Shown: positions 58,291 through 64,000 of the stretch, piece by piece | Position numbering within the stretch: the first letter of the stretch is position 1 | How the letters are laid out: every line of letters starts with the position of its first letter | DNA from: Octopus vulgaris | Taxonomy: Eukaryota | Assembly (NCBI GenBank): GCA_951406725.2 | Contig: OX597815.1 | Location: forward strand, 12,152,001 to 12,216,000 | DNA: 64,000 nt | Direction: 5' to 3' | Translations under genes and position numbers: made by a program | Notes under the pieces: model-generated | What the model was told of the DNA's origin: nothing | What the model saw: the letters and a program-made list of their open reading frames with translations, nothing else | Database searches by the model: none

Positions 58291-58811
58291 ATATGCATGT
58301 ATATATACATATATATATAGGTATGTACATATATGTATGTATATATATGCATATATTCATATATTATTTTTATTTTACATATATATATATGTATGTATTA
58401 TGTGCGTATGAGTGTGTGTGCGTGTGTGTGTGTGTGTGCATTTGCGTGTGTACTTATATTGTTCATGTCATAAGAGTTTTATACACAGGGAGAACACGGC
58501 AGTCATTTTGGGGTACAGTGGATCTCGCAGAAAAGCCAGAGTTCAGAACCTGTTAATAGTGTGTTACAAAAATATTAGGATAGAAGAGGTCGAAAACTGT
58601 TCGTTGATCTCTTCACCACAACTTCAATAAACATGACAGGCATACATTAGACCGCGGCAATATACTTACACGCTATTACATATAGCATTATCTATGTGCT
58701 TCGAGAACCACCCTACCGAAAATTAGTTATATCTATGTTTGAGTGTGTGTATGTGTCTGTGTGTGTGTGTGTGTGAATATACACGAGGTCGGATCAATAA
58801 GTATCTGGTCA

Positions 58812-58959
58812 AGTTCACATTCCGCCGAGGTTGACTTTGCCTTTCATCCTTTCGGGGTCGATAAATTAAGTACCAGTTACGCACTGGAGTCTACGTAATT
58901 GACTTAATCCCTGTGTCTGTCCCCTCTATATTTAGCCCCTTGTGGGCAATAAAGAAACA
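58812..58959 (+). mobile_element. 5'-truncated SINE M inserted in the mariner left TIR
   Basis: 10-bp TSD TATCTGGTCA at 58802-58811 and 58960-58969. Confidence 0.9.
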
Positions 58960-59133
58960 TATCTGGTCAGTTGCCAAGGTAACAAAACTAAAGCACCCAG
59001 ATTCAAGCCGCTCGGCTCAGATTGACGTTGAACGCTGCTCTGCATGCGTACAAAACTTCAATGTTCTAGCTTACTCCCGCTGTTTAGCGTGTGTATTATA
59101 ATAGGTGTGTAGCGTGTGATCCTCGCATTCACC

Positions 59134-59560
59134 ATGGCAGAGAAAGTTGTCATGCCGATACCTACTCAGAGGCCTACGCGAAGTTACAGAAAGTGTATGG
59201 AGAGGAGTGAATGAGCCGTACGCAAGTGTACAATTGGTTCAGACGTTTCTGAGAAGGCCGAAAAAATATCGATATCGATGAGCGTTTTGGGAGACCTGCA
59301 AGCAGCACGACTGAGAAAGACATCGGAGATATGATTGCAGCTTTGAGCAGAAATCGTCGATTCAACATCCATGGTGTATCAAAGGCTGTGCAGATTAGTT
59401 ACGCTTCAATTCAGTCCATTATCAATGAAGATTTGGGTATGAGACGCTGGTTTACCAAGTTTGAGCCAAAACTGCTTTCAGCTGACCAAAACATACATCC
59501 GAGTCTCAGTTATACAAGAGCTTCTTGATTGCGTCCAGAATGATGAAAATATTTTGAAAA
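59134..59560 (+). pseudogene. Mariner transposase N-terminal (HTH) pseudogene
   Basis: SEAYAKLQKVYGEE*MSRTQVYNWFRRF*EGRKNIDIDERFGRP...EDLGMRRWFTKFEPKLLS (WVPxxL-like); stops and frameshift; no catalytic DDD domain. Confidence 0.88.
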
Positions 59561-61305
59561 CTTCGCTGAAATCTCAGCAGGTATTACGAAGCTTTTGTCA
59601 GAATTTGATGCAAATTCTCTGCTCAACTTTATCTTCGTCCATGCAACGAACACACGCTACATACGTTCCTCCCCAGTACTGCTGGTAACAGAGGAAGCGA
59701 TGTAGAACGTTAAAATTTAGTGTGCATGGACAGCAGTGTTCGATGTCAATCTGTGCCAACAGTCTCGCTCTGCTTGCTTCAGTTTCGTTTCTATGGTATA
59801 GAATTTATACATTTGGGTTGAGAGAAGGAGATAGACATACATAGATAGGAAGAGAGAGAGAGAGAGAGACTACAAGAGGGACATAGATTAAAAGAACACA
59901 GATCATAAAGCGAGAAATCTGTTCAAGCCTTTTATTGAGCCATTTTTAAATGAAGTATGTAATACAATACAAGCAATCGATATATAAAATTATGTGTGAA
60001 ACACTTATACTATGCAAATTAGTTGCTGCAGTCTGCCGTATGGCTACTAGATTGGTGGACTTTATTAGTAGGTTGCCTGCGTTTTTTTCTATTTTCTTTG
60101 TAGGATTGGTTAACCTAATGTAGACACATCTGATGAGAACCCAATCAGTTTTGAATCCAGTTAGGACTGTTTATAAGGCATCAGTTAAAACTCTGTATCC
60201 GAGAGCCTCTATCGGCACTGCCAATATACTACAGAATACTTTTCTTTTTTTCAAATATAGAATTAGCTGCTATTAGTGGTAATGTAGCTATGAGTCATTT
60301 CGTTTTTGCTTTTGTGCAGCCCAACATTTTAATATTAATGTCGAGACGGTTAATTCATGACAAAATTCCCAATAATCGCTCATGTTCCTTCTATTGATAT
60401 AAAATCTTTGCCATTTGCAGCAATTACACACTTCGTCATCGAATACTTAGCTCCAAGAAACCTGTGTTATATTTTAGATACCAGTATAGCTGATAATAGT
60501 TTTTACATCTTTTGCAATATCGTAATTGTCTGCTTTTCTATTGATGTCGTCGTGTCATGCATGTTATTTATAATGATTACTTGCATGGCGAATTTAAGGT
60601 TGAAACGCATACCGCTAAGATCTGAAACGACACGTTTCTACAGCGGATGTGATAAGAAGAAAGTAGCAGCTATTTATGAAGATTTATTGCTTTATTGATG
60701 CTGGGAATGGTTGCCATCAAATTCAGTGATCATATACACCAAGCTTATTTGTATCTTTTAGTAATATACACGCTTATGCAATTACATACAATTTTTAAAT
60801 ATATTTCTTTTGATCTGTAATTGCCGACAATTATTAAAATATATTCACCTATGTCAGTCTACTATAAAAAAATCATCGTAATTTAAATGCAATAGGTACA
60901 TTCAAAGTGCTATATGTTTAGAATGATGGACGCCTAGGGTTTATGAATTTTGTATTTTTCGTTTTTCAGATAGTAATTTTCTTTCTACAATAATTTTATC
61001 ACATTTTGATATTTTAAATGTAAAATATGATAAAATATTTTTTAATGTCAATTAACTTTAAACAAAATTGCAAGCGAAAACACACATATATGCAAATGCA
61101 TATATATTATTACCCTTCTGTCACAAAATCCGTGAAAGTATTGCATTAACATACATGAAACATATTGGGAAATTGCAATTAGAAAGGAAAACAAGCTATC
61201 ACCCATTGTTTTTCAATGGTCATCTTTTAACAAAATAATATTGAAATTGAATTATAACTAATAATAAATCTCGGAGCGAGTTATAAACAGTAGCTACAAC
61301 ACATC

Positions 61306-61626
61306 GTGACGTATATTTGCCATTGAAATATGACTAAACCCTAAGGGTGGATGCTACTTTAGTTTGTAGCCCCAGGAGGCCACCGCCTCCAGCTGGCTAT
61401 AGACACACTTTCTGTGCCCTATCAGTATTTGCAAAGGGAATCATCCTCCCCGTCTTCTACTTACGATAAGTAAGAATGCAGGAAGGATGACTTCCCTTTG
61501 CAAATACTGATAGGGCAAAGAAATTGTGTCTATAGCCAGCTGGAGGCAGTGGCCTCCCGGGGCTACAAACTAGAGTAGTATCCACCCTTAGGGTTTAGCC
61601 ATATTTAAATGGCAACTATACGCCAC
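61306..61626. repeat. 320-bp near-perfect palindrome (hairpin element)
   Basis: Arms such as CTAAACCCTAAGGGTGGAT / ATCCACCCTTAGGGTTTAG; centre TACTTA-CGA-TAAGTA near 61466. Confidence 0.92.
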
Positions 61627-63145
61627 CCTGAATAATAACTGTTTATGATTTTGTCTTGTGTCAGTTTATAGTTTCCTAAAGAGAAAAATCATTTCGAAGT
61701 ATTGTTTATATATTCTGATATCAGTTATCTTTATGGCATTTACCTATTTAATCTTGTGGTGGTTTATTCATGTAACTTCGTATGCCATCATCACATTTCA
61801 GTTTATTAAAAATGTCCCTTTCTGCCACAGGGAGATCCACTGCTTATCGCTGTGTTTATGTTTGCAGATATGCGCCTTTATAAGTAGGTATTTGAGTATT
61901 GTTATTATTTATATATTTTTGCATGCATGTTAATGAATAATAGATATTCTTCGTTAGATGCCTGTTATGCATCCAAAGTCCGCATGTTTAGGGACCAAAG
62001 CATTCTCGGATCGATAAATAGAAAACAACAGTGGTTTTGGAATGAAGGAACCCTATATTGCAAAACATGCTATTCCTTTAGAAACCATGGCAGAATTATC
62101 TCGGAATATACATCCATTAAATGGAAAATAGAGAAATATGCATTCATGCATATGACAACAAACTCATAAATATCTGTGTGTTGGCTTACAAAATATCATT
62201 TTCTGCATTGACAAGAATATCAATGTAGAACCTTATTTTTCCTCCCCGGTACAAAACTGGTATTTGTTCCCTTGAAAACAAATGAAACAAATATATATTA
62301 ACTGCTGAGATTCGAACTTAAGTAAAATAGTCTAAATGACGCAAAAGACAAGTAAACAAATGTATTCACACGTACATACACATACATATATATTATTATC
62401 CCTCTGTCATTCTACAATGAAAGCATAACAATATCAATATGAAACATTTTGGCAAAATTTTAATTACAAAAGAAAACAAGTAATTATCTATTTCTAATTG
62501 ATACCGTATATATGTGTACACAGTGGAATATGTCTAGTTTGCAAGATAGCGTTTTTTTTTCTATTTTACTGAATTTAATTATCTGACAGAATAACACCTG
62601 CAATGTCCTTGATTTGACATTTTAGATAGTTAATGTGATTTCTTGAAACAACAATACCTTTAAAAAATGTATTCTTCAGTGAATGCTAGTGAATATATTC
62701 ATTTGAAATATAATCTACAACCGTCGCCGAAAATACCAAATATATATTGTTAGAATGAGCCAATAAGACATCGTGTATTAAAACAACTATTCTCACCTGC
62801 GTTTCTTCATTAACAAGAGTGAGACTATTCGCTAAATATATTGCATACAAACTTTACTGCGTAGTTATAAACAAGACTTTGAAGAAATCTGAAACGCATT
62901 TGCATCATATCACATAAAAATAATTTTAAAGTATCCACCTACATTTAAAAGAGTATAGTATGGGTTAATGTTCACACACAAATATGTATATATTTATATA
63001 GCTACTCGGAGTGTCATGGATTTCGTTCACGCCATTTTCTTGTACAAAAAGAGCGTACATATTGTGATAACTTACATCAGAATGCAAATAATCTATTTCT
63101 TTAGTGACTGCTGTTTCTCTCGATTACACATACATACATACGTAC

Positions 63146-63300
63146 ATGATGATGGCCGTCCACTCGTGACCGAGCAAGACCATTGCCGACCTTCAGGAAG
63201 GTTGTGCGCTCTAGGACTAACTTATATTTTGCATTTGCGGCTCCGGTGGTGGCTAATGAGCCCTGCTCTTGACAAGCATACACGACTGTAAACATTGCAG
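63146..63300 (-). pseudogene. RTE-clade LINE extreme 3' fragment
   Basis: Minus strand CNVYSRVCLSRAGLISHHRSRKCKI* (degenerate C2H2-type RTE C-terminus); tail CAATGGTC..CTCG-GTCA-CGAG..GCCATCATCAT like 507-550. Confidence 0.75.
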
Positions 63301-64000
63301 ACTATACATTATACATACATACATACATGCACACACACGTACGAACGTACACACACACACGGACACGGATAAATACGTCTGTGTCGAAGGCATGCTGAAG
63401 TGTGTGTGTGGTTTATAAATCTATAATTTCACTGGCTACTGCGGTCTGTGTCTGAACACCACAGGCCCAGGGGCACGATTATAACTGTGCTCTGTATGAC
63501 GCATCAAGCGCGTCTACTCTACATTCAACATGATATAATTTATCCACCAATGCAACTGAAGGAAAAAATATTGGAATACTGATTGTTCCAGAAATGATAA
63601 AAAGAATTATGTATTTATTAATTATATAACATTTTTACTCAATACAGAAGCATTTAATTAAAATTTGTATAGAATTTACTAGTCTAATATTCTAAATACT
63701 ACGTACATCATATACACGCGTATGCGTATGTGCTTCCATATATACATATTAAAATATGTATATAATATTTGACGAAAATAATATCGAATGTATGGTTGTT
63801 ATGAATGAAATATATAAAAATTCATTTCACTATTATTAAAATATTTTAAAAGAAAACGATAAAGCGAGAGTATAAAAGGAAATTTATTTTCTAAACAAAG
63901 AAAAAATGAGATTCGTCATATTTGTAGATTTTTCAATAAAGATAGGATGTTTTAAATAATTATTAGGTTTTTAACTAAAACATATTTTCTATATTTTATA

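Larger units (their letters stand above)
58782..59798 (+). mobile_element. Internally deleted mariner element with long TIRs
   Basis: Starts TA|CACGAGGTCGGATCAATAAG; 58975-59070 is inverted relative to 59703-59798; contains a transposase remnant. Confidence 0.8.

Noticed and set aside
60125-60170. CTGATGA-GAAC..GTTT-TGAATCC as an HHR
   Set aside because: GAAA and stem I are broken; possible remnant but unsupported

Overview
AT-rich, repeat-saturated eukaryotic non-coding DNA (intergenic or a large intron). I found no intact protein-coding gene; nearly all ORFs in the supplied track are microsatellite artefacts. The mix of (TA)n/(TG)n/(TATG)n/(TAGA)n/(AAT)n tracts and tRNA-derived SINE families resembles an Octopus/coleoid cephalopod genome (inference, not searched). 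Recognisable parts are four SINE families, RTE-clade and R4/Dong-clade LINE 3' remnants, a mariner pseudogene, Tc1/mariner and hAT MITEs, a non-autonomous Helitron and several long foldback hairpins. The most interesting signal is about ten type I hammerhead-ribozyme (HHR) motifs from several unrelated short non-coding elements, two with an intact catalytic core (1599-1660 +, 41398-41480 -). Most sit in (TA)n or (AAT)n tracts, four insertions of this class carry a Penelope-type inverted duplication of their own 3' end, and one family is circularly permuted between copies. This suggests non-autonomous Penelope/retrozyme-like elements, possibly with circular RNA intermediates. All structures were read by eye; no folding or database search was run.
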